From: Gemmatimonadales bacterium
GTDB lineage: Bacteria; Gemmatimonadota; Gemmatimonadetes; Gemmatimonadales; GWC2-71-9
Direction of reading: 5' to 3'
Length of the DNA: 64,000 bases
NCBI GenBank assembly: GCA_038321865.1
Contig: JBBQFH010000007.1
Coordinates: 1-64,000 of the forward strand
How positions within the stretch are numbered: the stretch's first letter is position 1; each line of letters starts with the position of its first letter. Below are positions 7,166-16,370 of the stretch, in pieces. Below the pieces are notes generated by a model that saw only the letters and a list, made by a program, of their open reading frames with translations, did no database searches and was not told where the DNA came from. The position numbers were made by a program, and so were the translations under genes.

Positions 7166-9019
7166 ATGGACCTTCTCCCTGATCCCGTGACGGCCGGCAT
7201 CGCGTGGCAGCCGCAGGAGCACCACGACAGACTGCTCCGCATCAGCGCCCTCTCCATCGCGATCGCCTTTGCCGCCGCCGCCGCCGCCGAGCTCCTCGTT
7301 GCGCTGATCAATGGCGTCACCAACGTCGCGTTCTTCGGCCGCTTCTCGCTCACCTTCACGCCGCCGTGGGCCAACCACCTGGGATGGTGGGTCATACTCG
7401 TCCCGGTCGCCGGCGCCCTGATCGTGGGCGTCATGGCACGCTACGGCTCGGCCGCGATCCGCGGACACGGCATTCCGGAGGCGATGGAGCGCGTCCTCTA
7501 CAACGAGAGCCGGATCCGGCCCAGGGTGACGATCCTGAAGCCGCTTTCCTCCGCGATCGCGATCGGGACCGGCGGCCCCTTCGGTGCCGAAGGGCCCATT
7601 ATCGCGACCGGCGGGGCACTCGGCTCGCTGGTGGGCCAGCTCCTGCACACGACGGCGGACGAACGGAAGACGCTGCTCGCCGCCGGAGCGGCAGCCGGCA
7701 TGGCTGCCATCTTCGGCACGCCGGTCGCCGCGGTCCTGCTCGCCATCGAGTTGCTGCTCTTCGAATACCGTCCCAGGTCACTCGTTCCCGTCGCCCTCGC
7801 GGCGGCCGCGGCGACGGCGGTGCGTCTGACGATGCACGGGTCCGACCCGGTGTTCGCGCTCTCCGGAATCGCCCAGCCAGGGGGCGCGGCGCTGGCCACC
7901 TACCTGCTGCTGGGTGCGGCCATGGGTCTGGCCGCCGTGTACGTCACGCGCGGACTCTACGCCATCGAGGATGCCTTCGAGCATCTGCCGGTCCATTGGA
8001 TGTGGTGGCCTGCGATCGGCGCCGTGGCGGTCGGCATCATCGGCTTCGGCGCACCCCGCACGCTCGGAGTCGGCTACGACAACATCGCCGCCATTCTCTC
8101 GGGCAGCATGGTGGGTACCACGCTCCTCGTGCTGGTGCTGCTGAAGCTGGTCTCCTGGTCCATCGCGCTCGGCAGCGGGACATCGGGCGGCACCCTCGCC
8201 CCGCTATTCACGATCGGCGGCGGATTGGGCGCCCTGGCCGGCGAGATGCTGCAACGGGCCGTCCCGACACTCGGGGTGGACCCCCGCGTGGCGGCCCTCG
8301 TCGGCATGGCCGCGATGTTTACCGGGGCCTCACGCGCGCTGCTGACCTCGATCGTCTTTGCCTTCGAAGCTACCCGCCAGCCAATGGGCCTCCTTCCGCT
8401 GCTGGCCGGCTGCACCGCTGCGTACCTGGTATCGCTGCTGCGCATGAAGCAGACGATCATGACGGAACGCCTCGCGCGGCGCGGCGCGCCGGTCCGGACG
8501 GAATACACGGTCGACTTTCTCCAGCAGATTCTGGTGCGCGACTGCGCCACGCCCGAAGCGACCGTCATACGAGCGGCGGACCGGGTATCCGATGTCCGTG
8601 GCTGGTTCGCATCCGGGGCGCCGGGATCGACGCACCAGGGATTCCCGGTCGTGAATGGCTCCAGTCACCTCGTTGGCGTCCTCACCCGGCGTGACATCGA
8701 GAACGCAGCGGCGGATCCGTCACAATCGGTGCAATCGCTGATTCACCGGCCGCCGGCGATCATCTACGATGACAACACCGCACGAGAAGCCGCCGATCAC
8801 ATGGTTCACGAGCACATCGGACGGCTGCCTGTGGTGTCCCGCGCGAACCCGCGGACCGTGGTCGGGATCATCACCCGGAGCGATCTGCTCGAAGCCCACG
8901 AGCGGCGGCTGCTGGCGCAGTCGAGAGCCGAACGCAGCCTCGATCTCCTGCCGGGGCGCTGGGCCGGGCGCCGGCAGCAGCCTGCCCGCACGCCTCACGA
9001 CGAGCGTCAGGGTCCGTAG
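7166..9019 (+). CDS. ClC-family chloride channel/transporter with C-terminal CBS pair
   Basis: GHGIPE, GAEGP and GGTLAP motifs, many TM helices, CBS motifs HQGFPVV and IGRLPVV. Confidence 0.92.
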   Translation: MDLLPDPVTAGIAWQPQEHHDRLLRISALSIAIAFAAAAAAELLVALINGVTNVAFFGRFSLTFTPPWANHLGWWVILVPVAGALIVGVMARYGSAAIRGHGIPEAMERVLYNESRIRPRVTILKPLSSAIAIGTGGPFGAEGPIIATGGALGSLVGQLLHTTADERKTLLAAGAAAGMAAIFGTPVAAVLLAIELLLFEYRPRSLVPVALAAAAATAVRLTMHGSDPVFALSGIAQPGGAALATYLLLGAAMGLAAVYVTRGLYAIEDAFEHLPVHWMWWPAIGAVAVGIIGFGAPRTLGVGYDNIAAILSGSMVGTTLLVLVLLKLVSWSIALGSGTSGGTLAPLFTIGGGLGALAGEMLQRAVPTLGVDPRVAALVGMAAMFTGASRALLTSIVFAFEATRQPMGLLPLLAGCTAAYLVSLLRMKQTIMTERLARRGAPVRTEYTVDFLQQILVRDCATPEATVIRAADRVSDVRGWFASGAPGSTHQGFPVVNGSSHLVGVLTRRDIENAAADPSQSVQSLIHRPPAIIYDDNTAREAADHMVHEHIGRLPVVSRANPRTVVGIITRSDLLEAHERRLLAQSRAERSLDLLPGRWAGRRQQPARTPHDERQGP

Positions 9020-10965
9020 GGATCATCCGGCGTGGGACGGCGCAGCGTCGGCACCGCACGGCGGGGGGCGGCGGGCTCGGCCGTCACGCGCCGGCCCAGC
9101 GCGGCGACGAAATAGGCAGCCGGATCGTCCGGCCGGGCCCGTCGGGTGGCGGCCAGCGCGCGGCGGACGTCGAGCTCGCGTCGGCCGTCGACCGCCGCCC
9201 GGATCGCGTCGGCCGAGATGCTGCGGTCGAGCCCCCGAAGCTGGCGGGCGACCGCATCGGCGAACGGCAGATCGTGCGCGGGGGGAAATCGTTCGACGCC
9301 TTCGCGACCGGTCATCACCGCCGGCTTCGGAAAGCGCACGAAGATCGGCTGCGTGAAATGCGGGTGACGAAGCATCAGCTCACCTTTGGGCAGGGTGCCC
9401 AGCTTGATCTTCGTGGCAGGCGAGAGGGTCGCGTACCCCGGCGTCGCGAGCTCGTCCATATCCATCCGGCCGTAGACGCTCGTCCCGGCATTCCCCACCA
9501 CGCGTCGCTGCACCTGCGAGCGAAACTGCTGCGCCGAGAACAGCACCAGGCCGAGATAGCGGCCGCGTTCCGAGAGGTCGAGCAGCATCTTCCGCACGTA
9601 GGTATCGGGGCCCTCCGCCGGGGCGTACTTGTTCAGCTCGTCCACGAACACCACCACATGATCGACGCCGAGGTCGCGGCGCTCGAGGTGCTCGCGCAGC
9701 TTCGATACGACGCGCGCGAACACCAGGTCCTGCGCCAGCGGGTCGAGCCCGGCGACGTCGATCACCTGGACGCTCCGGTCGGTGAACCGTCCCCAGGGCA
9801 GGTCGTTGGCCACTCCATCGTCGGTCACCAGCCCCTTGGACCGCGTGGAGATGTTGCTCAGCCGGTTGCGAACCTTCCGGATCGTGGCCACGTGATGCGT
9901 CTTCCACACCTCCCCGCCCTTCCCCAGCGCCTCCATGAAATCGAAGATCGCGCGGAAGAACTCCTCGAGATCGGCGAAGCTCTGCACGCAGAACGGTTTT
10001 CCGCGCAGCAGATCATCGTGATATTCATGGCCGACAATCCGCTCCGCCAGAAAATCGATGAAGGCGTCGGCCTTGGCGTCGACGTCGTCCCGGTTCATGA
10101 CGACTTCGGCGAAGTCGAGCACTTCGCGCAGCCCCCACACGAGCGGCTCGGTGTTGGACGACAGCGCCTCATGGGTGCGCAGGGTGTTGAGGTTCACTCC
10201 GTCCGGCTTGTGCGGCGCGAAGTAGCGTACGGCTGCGAACGGCTCCGGCGAGAGTCCCATCCGCGCGTAGAGCGCGCGATCGGCGTCGCCGATGCTGCCG
10301 GGCTGATCGAGGAAGCAGAGATCCGGGCCCTTGACGTTGAAGCAGACGGCCGCCACCGAACCCTTGTGGGCCGGAAACGTCTGAAAGATGCTCGAGAGCA
10401 GGAACTCGACGGCACTCGTCTTGGTCGCCAGCCCGGATACGCCCGAGATGTTGAGATGGGCCGCTTCGGGGCCCAGCAGGAAGTCGCAGTCGAGGTAGAC
10501 GGGCGATTCGTGCCCTCCGGCGGCGTAGACGCCGACCGGAATGCCGGTGGCGCGCTCGCCGACGGTGTAGCCGTCCATCCGAAGCGCAAGCACGACATCA
10601 TCGTCGGAGGCCAGCCGCACGGCGCCGAGCGGCACCGGCTGCAGCGGCTCCTCGGGGATCTGCCGCAGCACGGAAGCCAGATACAGCCGGATCTCCGCGC
10701 GTGCGCTCGGCTCCAGCCCGACGGCGGCCGGGTCACCATCGGCTCCGAGCACCGCATGCATCGGCGTCACAAGATCGGAGTAGGCGGCCGCATCGGTCAC
10801 CACGGCGAACACGATGCGCCCGGGCGCGTCCACCCGGATGATGGCGCCGATACCGACGGCTGATTCCCGGGCGGTCCAGAAGTAGAACTGGTGCGGCGTC
10901 GACGGCTTCAGCTCGGTCGCGACGACGCGACCGACCGGTGTTGCGGAAGTCATGATGTCTGGCAT
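9007..10965 (-). CDS. herA: HerA/FtsK-superfamily ATPase (HerA DNA translocase)
   Basis: N-terminal HAS-barrel-like region, variant Walker A HLNISGVSGLATKT, Walker B VFVDELNKYAP, arginine finger ERGRYLG, sensor SAQQ. Lies directly downstream of the nurA-like gene. Confidence 0.85.
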   Translation of the reverse strand: MPDIMTSATPVGRVVATELKPSTPHQFYFWTARESAVGIGAIIRVDAPGRIVFAVVTDAAAYSDLVTPMHAVLGADGDPAAVGLEPSARAEIRLYLASVLRQIPEEPLQPVPLGAVRLASDDDVVLALRMDGYTVGERATGIPVGVYAAGGHESPVYLDCDFLLGPEAAHLNISGVSGLATKTSAVEFLLSSIFQTFPAHKGSVAAVCFNVKGPDLCFLDQPGSIGDADRALYARMGLSPEPFAAVRYFAPHKPDGVNLNTLRTHEALSSNTEPLVWGLREVLDFAEVVMNRDDVDAKADAFIDFLAERIVGHEYHDDLLRGKPFCVQSFADLEEFFRAIFDFMEALGKGGEVWKTHHVATIRKVRNRLSNISTRSKGLVTDDGVANDLPWGRFTDRSVQVIDVAGLDPLAQDLVFARVVSKLREHLERRDLGVDHVVVFVDELNKYAPAEGPDTYVRKMLLDLSERGRYLGLVLFSAQQFRSQVQRRVVGNAGTSVYGRMDMDELATPGYATLSPATKIKLGTLPKGELMLRHPHFTQPIFVRFPKPAVMTGREGVERFPPAHDLPFADAVARQLRGLDRSISADAIRAAVDGRRELDVRRALAATRRARPDDPAAYFVAALGRRVTAEPAAPRRAVPTLRRPTPDDPYGP

Positions 10966-11018
10966 GGTGGAATGTCGCGGAGGGCCCGCGCCGCCGACAG
11001 GGGCGGCATCGGCGGCCG

Positions 11019-11774
11019 TCAGCTGCCGGCCCTGAGGTATTGTCCGACCGAGTGAATGCCGTAGAGGAGCCGGTCCCAACGGGCGTCGGGTGTGCTGAGC
11101 GGGGCGCGCTCCGCGAGGAGCCAGCGGGAAAGATCGTCTGCGACTTCGGGCGTACCGTTGGCGGGTGCCACTTCGACGCGGATCAGCCCGTGGAAGACGT
11201 CACGGTCCTGCCACGGCCAGAGTCGCAGCGCCCAGGCCCGGACTGGCGCGACGCGCCGTGAGCGCGGGGCGAAGATCGATGTCCGGTGGCCGAACGGCAG
11301 GCGCAGATACCGCTCGAGCTCTTCCCCGCTGAACGGCAGCGTGGCGTGACTCTTCACGACGCCCACAGCCCGCGCATCGTCTGCCCACGCCGGACTCTCG
11401 CTCAGCGTGCCGTCCACCACCAGCCAGGCCCCGGACGATGTCCGGTACCGGAGCCCCACCGCAACTTCGAGCGCCCCGCGCGCCCGATCGATCGCCCGGC
11501 CGGCGGTGCGGAGGTCCCGCGCGGGATGCGACGCCTCGGCATCGGCGATCACGACCCGGTCGAAGCCGTCGAACACGTCTCCCGCGGCATTGAGCGCGTC
11601 CTGCCGGGCGACCACGAGCGAACGCCGTTCGGTGACGACCGTCCGGAAAACTCGGCCGGTTCGCTCCCGAACCGCGGCCGCGATGTGCGCCAGGATGATC
11701 GGCGCAACCCCGGCGTACCCGACGATCTCCGCCCGCTGGGTCCCGTCAAGGAAGGCGACGGTCTCCGGCCACAC
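11019..11774 (-). CDS. nurA: NurA-like RNase H-fold nuclease (true start probably upstream, ~11942-11953)
   Basis: Acidic motifs AFLDG and LVVDGTL, plus VGVVKS. Adjacent to herA. The frame stays open upstream to 11957. Confidence 0.75.
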   Translation of the reverse strand: MWPETVAFLDGTQRAEIVGYAGVAPIILAHIAAAVRERTGRVFRTVVTERRSLVVARQDALNAAGDVFDGFDRVVIADAEASHPARDLRTAGRAIDRARGALEVAVGLRYRTSSGAWLVVDGTLSESPAWADDARAVGVVKSHATLPFSGEELERYLRLPFGHRTSIFAPRSRRVAPVRAWALRLWPWQDRDVFHGLIRVEVAPANGTPEVADDLSRWLLAERAPLSTPDARWDRLLYGIHSVGQYLRAGS

Positions 11775-11957
11775 TTCGGCGGGGCCGACCGCGCGGGTTT
11801 CGAGCGATGAGTGCTCGATCAGCTCGGCTGGCTGAATCGCGGCGTCCTCCGCCCGCCCCCTGCTCCACTCCGCCGGCGCTGCCGCACTGAGCAGGCCCTT
11901 CTCGCGAAGCTCTCGGCGGACGCGATCCGCGTGCGGGATCAGGATGACGTCACGCGG

Positions 11958-12467
11958 CTATTCGTCCTCGAACGCCGGGAACGGCGGCACGCCAGCAAGC
12001 CAGAATCCCGCGACACTTCCTTCCCGGTCCACTTCGATGAAAAAATGATCGGCGACCCGGACCACCTCGACCGAGCGGATAGGGCCGATCCGCAGATGGA
12101 ACACGCTCTGGGCCTCGTCGGTCCGCACCGAGAGCGAGGTGTCGACCTCCATCGAAGTGATCCCCGGGCGGGACGGGCGCTTTGCCGTGACGACCCGGCC
12201 TTCGGTGAGCTGGGCCGGGACCTGCAACCCGGGGGTGCCGGCCACTTCGGGCCAGACGACGATGTCGATGCCGCAGATGACGCCGTCCGTCACATCCAGC
12301 ACCGCTACCGACCCCACGTCATCCGTCAGCTCGACACTGCCCGTGAGACCCCCGATCTTCCGGCTGGCCTTGAAGGCGCCGGAGAGAATGTCGGTTTCAG
12401 GGTCCCAGCGCCATGCCACGGACGGCAGCTTGCCCGACAGCGGTTCGATGTGCGCCGCGAGCGTCAT
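11958..12467 (-). CDS. Hypothetical protein with two DUF2283-like repeats
   Basis: Clean ORF with ATGA overlap to the aminotransferase. Repeats WRWDPETDILSG...VLDVTDGVICGIDI and VRTDEAQSVFHLRI...FIEVDREGSVAGFWL. Confidence 0.7.
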   Translation of the reverse strand: MTLAAHIEPLSGKLPSVAWRWDPETDILSGAFKASRKIGGLTGSVELTDDVGSVAVLDVTDGVICGIDIVVWPEVAGTPGLQVPAQLTEGRVVTAKRPSRPGITSMEVDTSLSVRTDEAQSVFHLRIGPIRSVEVVRVADHFFIEVDREGSVAGFWLAGVPPFPAFEDE

Positions 12468-13690
12468 GAGGCGGTGCCGCTGCTCGACACGGGCGAGGCG
12501 AGACGATCGATCAGGCGGAGCACCCGGTCGAGCGCGGTCGAGAGCTCCCGATCGGACACGGAATAGCTCAGCCGGACCCAGCGGTCGTCGCCGAACGCGC
12601 CGCCCGGCACCAGGGCAACGCCCTCCTCCGCCATCAGCCGATCGCAGAAGGCAGACCCCGTCAGCGGCTCGCCCTCCCGGATCCCGTCCACCCGGAAAAA
12701 GAAGTAAAACGCGCCGTGCGGCTCGATAAATTCGATGCCGGGAGCCTCGGTGCGAAAGCGATCGACGAGGTAATCGCGCCGCTGGCGGAATGCCGCGACC
12801 ATGCGCTGCACGTCCTGCTCGACCTTCTCATCGGTGAAGGCCGCCGCCGCCGCCCACTGGGCCGGATGATTGGCGCCGGTCGTCGTGTGCGTCTGCAGCG
12901 CGGCCATCGCCTTGAAGAGGTGTACCGGGGCGTACGACGCGCCGATTCGCCAGCCGGTCATCGCGTAGGCCTTGCTCGCGCCGGCGATGATGACGGTCCG
13001 CTCCAGCAGCTCGTCGGGCAGGTCGAGCAGTGACGGCGCCGGCGCCGGTCCGTAGTTGATGCGCCGGTAGATTTCGTCGGAGATGATCCACACGTCGTGC
13101 GTCCTGGCCCACTCGGCGATCCCCTTGAGCTCGGCCAGCGTGTACACGGCTCCCGTGGGATTGCACGGTGAGCAGAGAATCAGCCCCTTTACGTTCTTGG
13201 AATAGGCGCGGTCGAGGTCACGCACGCTGACCTTGAGGCCCCACTCGACGTCGCCGGGCACGAGCACCGGTTCGGCGCGGGAGAGGTGGACGATCTGCGG
13301 ATAGGATACCCACGCGGGCGACGGAATCAGCACCCGGTCGTGCGGTCCGAACAGCGTAAAGCAGGTGTTGAACAACGACTGCTTCGAGCCCGAGCTCACC
13401 AGGATGCGCTCCCAGTCCACCGGACGGCCGCCCGAAAGCTGGGATAGCTTCGCCGCAATGGCGCGGCGCAGCTCCGGGATGCCCGCATTGGGAGGGTAGC
13501 GCGTCATGCCCCGCTGAATGGCACTGATCCCCGCCTGCGCCGCCGGCGCGGGCGTATCGAAGTCCGGCTCGCCGACACTCAGATCATAGACGTCCTCACC
13601 CAGGGCACGGCGCCGCCTGGTCTCGTTGCTGATCGCGAGTGTCTCGGAAGGCTTGAGCTGCTGGACGTTGAGGGACAGCGGGTCGGGCAT
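12464..13690 (-). CDS. PLP-dependent aminotransferase class I/II (aspartate aminotransferase-like)
   Basis: LSVGEPDF, SPCNPTG, ISDEIY and SKAYAMTGWRIG motifs. Start ATG 13690. Confidence 0.93.
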   Translation of the reverse strand: MPDPLSLNVQQLKPSETLAISNETRRRRALGEDVYDLSVGEPDFDTPAPAAQAGISAIQRGMTRYPPNAGIPELRRAIAAKLSQLSGGRPVDWERILVSSGSKQSLFNTCFTLFGPHDRVLIPSPAWVSYPQIVHLSRAEPVLVPGDVEWGLKVSVRDLDRAYSKNVKGLILCSPCNPTGAVYTLAELKGIAEWARTHDVWIISDEIYRRINYGPAPAPSLLDLPDELLERTVIIAGASKAYAMTGWRIGASYAPVHLFKAMAALQTHTTTGANHPAQWAAAAAFTDEKVEQDVQRMVAAFRQRRDYLVDRFRTEAPGIEFIEPHGAFYFFFRVDGIREGEPLTGSAFCDRLMAEEGVALVPGGAFGDDRWVRLSYSVSDRELSTALDRVLRLIDRLASPVSSSGTAS

Positions 13691-13819
13691 GCGGGGTCCA
13701 TGGAAAAAGCGGGAGCGACCGGCGCGAGCGGTAAAGCTCCGTCGGCTGCGGAGCGATGTCAACGGTGCTAGTTTCCCGCCTCGCGAGCGTCAGACGATTC
13801 GCCAGACAATCGAGGCAAC

Positions 13820-15289
13820 GTGCCGGGATTCGAGGAACTGCATGTGACGGCCGCGGCCGCGGCTGCACTCCATGCGCTGGGATGGACCACGGAGGATGCC
13901 GCGGCGCGCGAAGCGGCTCCTACGGCGGCGCGCGGCCACAACCTGGTCGTTGTCGCCCCGCCGGCTCCGGCGTACGCCGCCCCCGCCCTGGCTGGTCTGC
14001 TCGGCCGGCTTGGCGGCGACGGTGGCGTGCAGGGTCTCCTCCTCGCGCCCGCGGCGGAGCTCGATGAATGGGGCGCGATCGCGAACGCACTGGGTCGTGA
14101 CCTGCCGGCCCGGGTGCAGGTGGCGCATGGCGAGTCCCGCGCACTGCGGCGCCTCCGCGCCCGGGAGCTGGACCTGCTGATCACAACGCCGGAAATCGCG
14201 CTCGCCCTGGTGCGCCGTTCCGCGCTCAAGATGGAGGCCATGGGCGTCGTCTGCCTGGCCTGGCCCGAGAGCCTCGGGGCGGACGAGGCCCTGACGCCGC
14301 TGATGCACGACCTGCCGAAGGAAGCCCAGCGCATCATCTTCACGGCCGCCGCCGACCGCCTGGCCGATCTGGTGGAACGGTATGCCCGGAAGGCCATGAC
14401 GGTCGGCGCCGCTCCGGCCGAGTCCACGCCGCTTCCACCGGCCGGCCCGGTCCGGACCGTCGCGGTACCGTGGCAGCGGCGGGCCGCGGCGCTGTCGGAG
14501 GTCGTCGAGCTGCTCGATCCGGCGTCACTCGTCGTCTGGGCGGCCGACCTGAGCCACGAGGCCGCGATCGCCGCCGCCGTCCCGCTGGGCGATGCCGCCG
14601 TCACGCTCACCACCGATGACGCACCGAAGGCGTCGCTGATCATCGCGTTCGATCCCCCGTCTCCGGAACGCCTGCGCCAGCTGCTCGGCGCGGGCGACGT
14701 GGTCCTGCTGGTGCCGCCGACCGCAGATGCCTACGTCACCCGCATCGCGACGCCACGGCGGCCGATTCGCCTGTCCGGCCTGCTGGAGGCGGTGACCCAT
14801 GAGGCCGGCGCCCACCGCGCGGCGATCGCCCGCGCGATCGAGGAGAATCGCCCCGAGCGCGCATTGCTGACATTGGCGCCCCTCTTCGAGCGCTACGATC
14901 CCTCGGCCGTCGCGGCGGCGCTCTATGATTTGTGGGTCGCGAAAAGCGGTGCGGGCGTGCCCGGCGCGGTGCCGGACGTCCCCGCGACCAGCAAGATGTT
15001 AGTGGGGGTGGGGATGATGTACAAGTCGAAGGCCAAAGATCTCGTCGCGATCCTGACCAAGGAGCTGCGGCTGGACAAGGCGAAGATCGGGCGCATCGAG
15101 CTCAAGGACAGCTTCCTGCTCGTGGACGTGCCGGCGCAGGACGCGGAGCGGATCGCGGCGGGGCTGAACGGAGCGATGATCAGGCGGAAACGCGTCACAG
15201 CGCGGGTCGACCGCGGCGCGGCTCGACCGGCTGGACGCGGGGCGCCGGCACGGGGGGGTCCCCGCGGCGCGCCCCGGGCGCGCGACTAG
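13820..15289 (+). CDS. Degenerate DEAD-box-helicase-like protein with C-terminal DbpA RNA-binding domain
   Basis: DEAD-box scaffold ([23 protein letters not shown]) but Walker A and DEAD are absent. C-terminal [17 protein letters not shown] and an Arg/Gly tail. Confidence 0.75.
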   Translation: MPGFEELHVTAAAAAALHALGWTTEDAAAREAAPTAARGHNLVVVAPPAPAYAAPALAGLLGRLGGDGGVQGLLLAPAAELDEWGAIANALGRDLPARVQVAHGESRALRRLRARELDLLITTPEIALALVRRSALKMEAMGVVCLAWPESLGADEALTPLMHDLPKEAQRIIFTAAADRLADLVERYARKAMTVGAAPAESTPLPPAGPVRTVAVPWQRRAAALSEVVELLDPASLVVWAADLSHEAAIAAAVPLGDAAVTLTTDDAPKASLIIAFDPPSPERLRQLLGAGDVVLLVPPTADAYVTRIATPRRPIRLSGLLEAVTHEAGAHRAAIARAIEENRPERALLTLAPLFERYDPSAVAAALYDLWVAKSGAGVPGAVPDVPATSKMLVGVGMMYKSKAKDLVAILTKELRLDKAKIGRIELKDSFLLVDVPAQDAERIAAGLNGAMIRRKRVTARVDRGAARPAGRGAPARGGPRGAPRARD

Positions 15290-15576
15290 CGCTTCTTGTT
15301 GACGAGGTCCTTGAGGGCCTTGCCGGCGCGGAAGGCGGGCACGGTGGACGCCTTGATGTTGATCTCCTTGCCGGTGCGTGGATTGCGCCCCTGGCGCGCG
15401 GCCCGGCGGCGCGCCTCGAAGTTCCCGAAGCCGCTGATCTGCACCTTGTTGCCCTTCCGGAGCTCGCCCGCGATCACGCCGCCGGCTGAAAAGAACAGAT
15501 CGACGTACTCAGCGGCCTTGGCCTTGGTGCAACCGAGCCGCTTCGCCACCGTCTCGACGAGACCCTGCTTGTTCAC
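15286..15576 (-). CDS. hup: HU family DNA-binding protein
   Basis: [10 protein letters not shown] and [36 protein letters not shown] before GTG 15576. Confidence 0.95.
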   Translation of the reverse strand: MNKQGLVETVAKRLGCTKAKAAEYVDLFFSAGGVIAGELRKGNKVQISGFGNFEARRRAARQGRNPRTGKEINIKASTVPAFRAGKALKDLVNKKR

Positions 15577-15680
15577 ACGTACTCCTCGCGTGGAAGGCGG
15601 CGGCGTGATGGCCGGCGGGCGGTGGACGGGAGCGAGCGGCGGAGAATATGCGCCGCGGTGCCGAATCGCCGCAAGACTGC

Positions 15681-15709
15681 TTGACCGCGCGTGCGCCGCG
15701 ACGTAAGCT
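15681..15709 (+). promoter_or_regulatory. Sigma70-type promoter of tdk-coaE
   Basis: TTGACC-17-TAAGCT. Confidence 0.6.
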
Positions 15710-15739
15710 CTCCCGCCCCCCGCACGGAGAACCTCACGC

Positions 15740-16366
15740 ATGTACCACAGTGCCCGCCCCGGCTGGATCGAAGTCATCGCCGGGGTCATGTTCAGCGGCA
15801 AGAGTGAAGAGCTGATCCGGCGCGTGCGCCGGGGCATCATCGCGCGGCGGCGCGTCCAGGTCTTCAAGTCCCATCTCGATGCGCGGTACGCGGGGCTGTA
15901 CAGCGTCTCCAGCCACAACGGCACCGAGGTGGATGCCGCGCCGGTCGATTCCGCGGCCGAGATCTATCGCCAGGTGCGTCCCGACACGGAGATCGTGGCG
16001 GTGGACGAGGTGCAGTTTCTCGATCATGGCATCGTCGGCGTGGTGACGGCGCTCGCCGCGCGCGGCGTGCGCGTCATCGTGGCCGGGACCGACACCGATT
16101 TTCGCGGCGAGCCGTTCGGCGCGATGGGCGACCTGATGACGGTGGCGGAGGCGGTGGACAAGCTGCAGGCCATCTGCGTCGTCTGTGGCGACCTCGCCTG
16201 CCGGAACCAGCGGCTGGTGGACGGAAAGCCGGCGCGCTACGAATCCCCCACGATCATGGTGGGCGGGCACGAGAGTTACGAGGCCCGCTGCCGCCACTGC
16301 CATGCCGTGCCTCGCCGGGACGAGGACCAGGCCGTCCTGGAGCTGCGCACCGCCGCGGCCGGCTGA
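15740..16366 (+). CDS. tdk: Thymidine kinase
   Basis: [24 protein letters not shown] and zinc ligands CVVC...CRHC. Confidence 0.95.
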   Translation: MYHSARPGWIEVIAGVMFSGKSEELIRRVRRGIIARRRVQVFKSHLDARYAGLYSVSSHNGTEVDAAPVDSAAEIYRQVRPDTEIVAVDEVQFLDHGIVGVVTALAARGVRVIVAGTDTDFRGEPFGAMGDLMTVAEAVDKLQAICVVCGDLACRNQRLVDGKPARYESPTIMVGGHESYEARCRHCHAVPRRDEDQAVLELRTAAAG

Positions 16367-16370
16367 GGGG

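Noticed and set aside
3479..11774. Anti-phage or anti-plasmid system (Sir2-HerA, Wadjet, Lamassu)
   Set aside because: The HerA partner is NurA-like, the SMC protein has a zinc hook and an Mre11 partner, and the locus lies among housekeeping genes with no obvious compositional shift.
11958..11960. Pyrrolysine recoding of the in-frame TAG
   Set aside because: No pyl genes in the window, other genes here end in TAG, and simpler explanations exist.
14990..15040. Diversity-generating retroelement variable region
   Set aside because: No template repeat or reverse transcriptase in the window, and the inferred changes are not adenine-specific.
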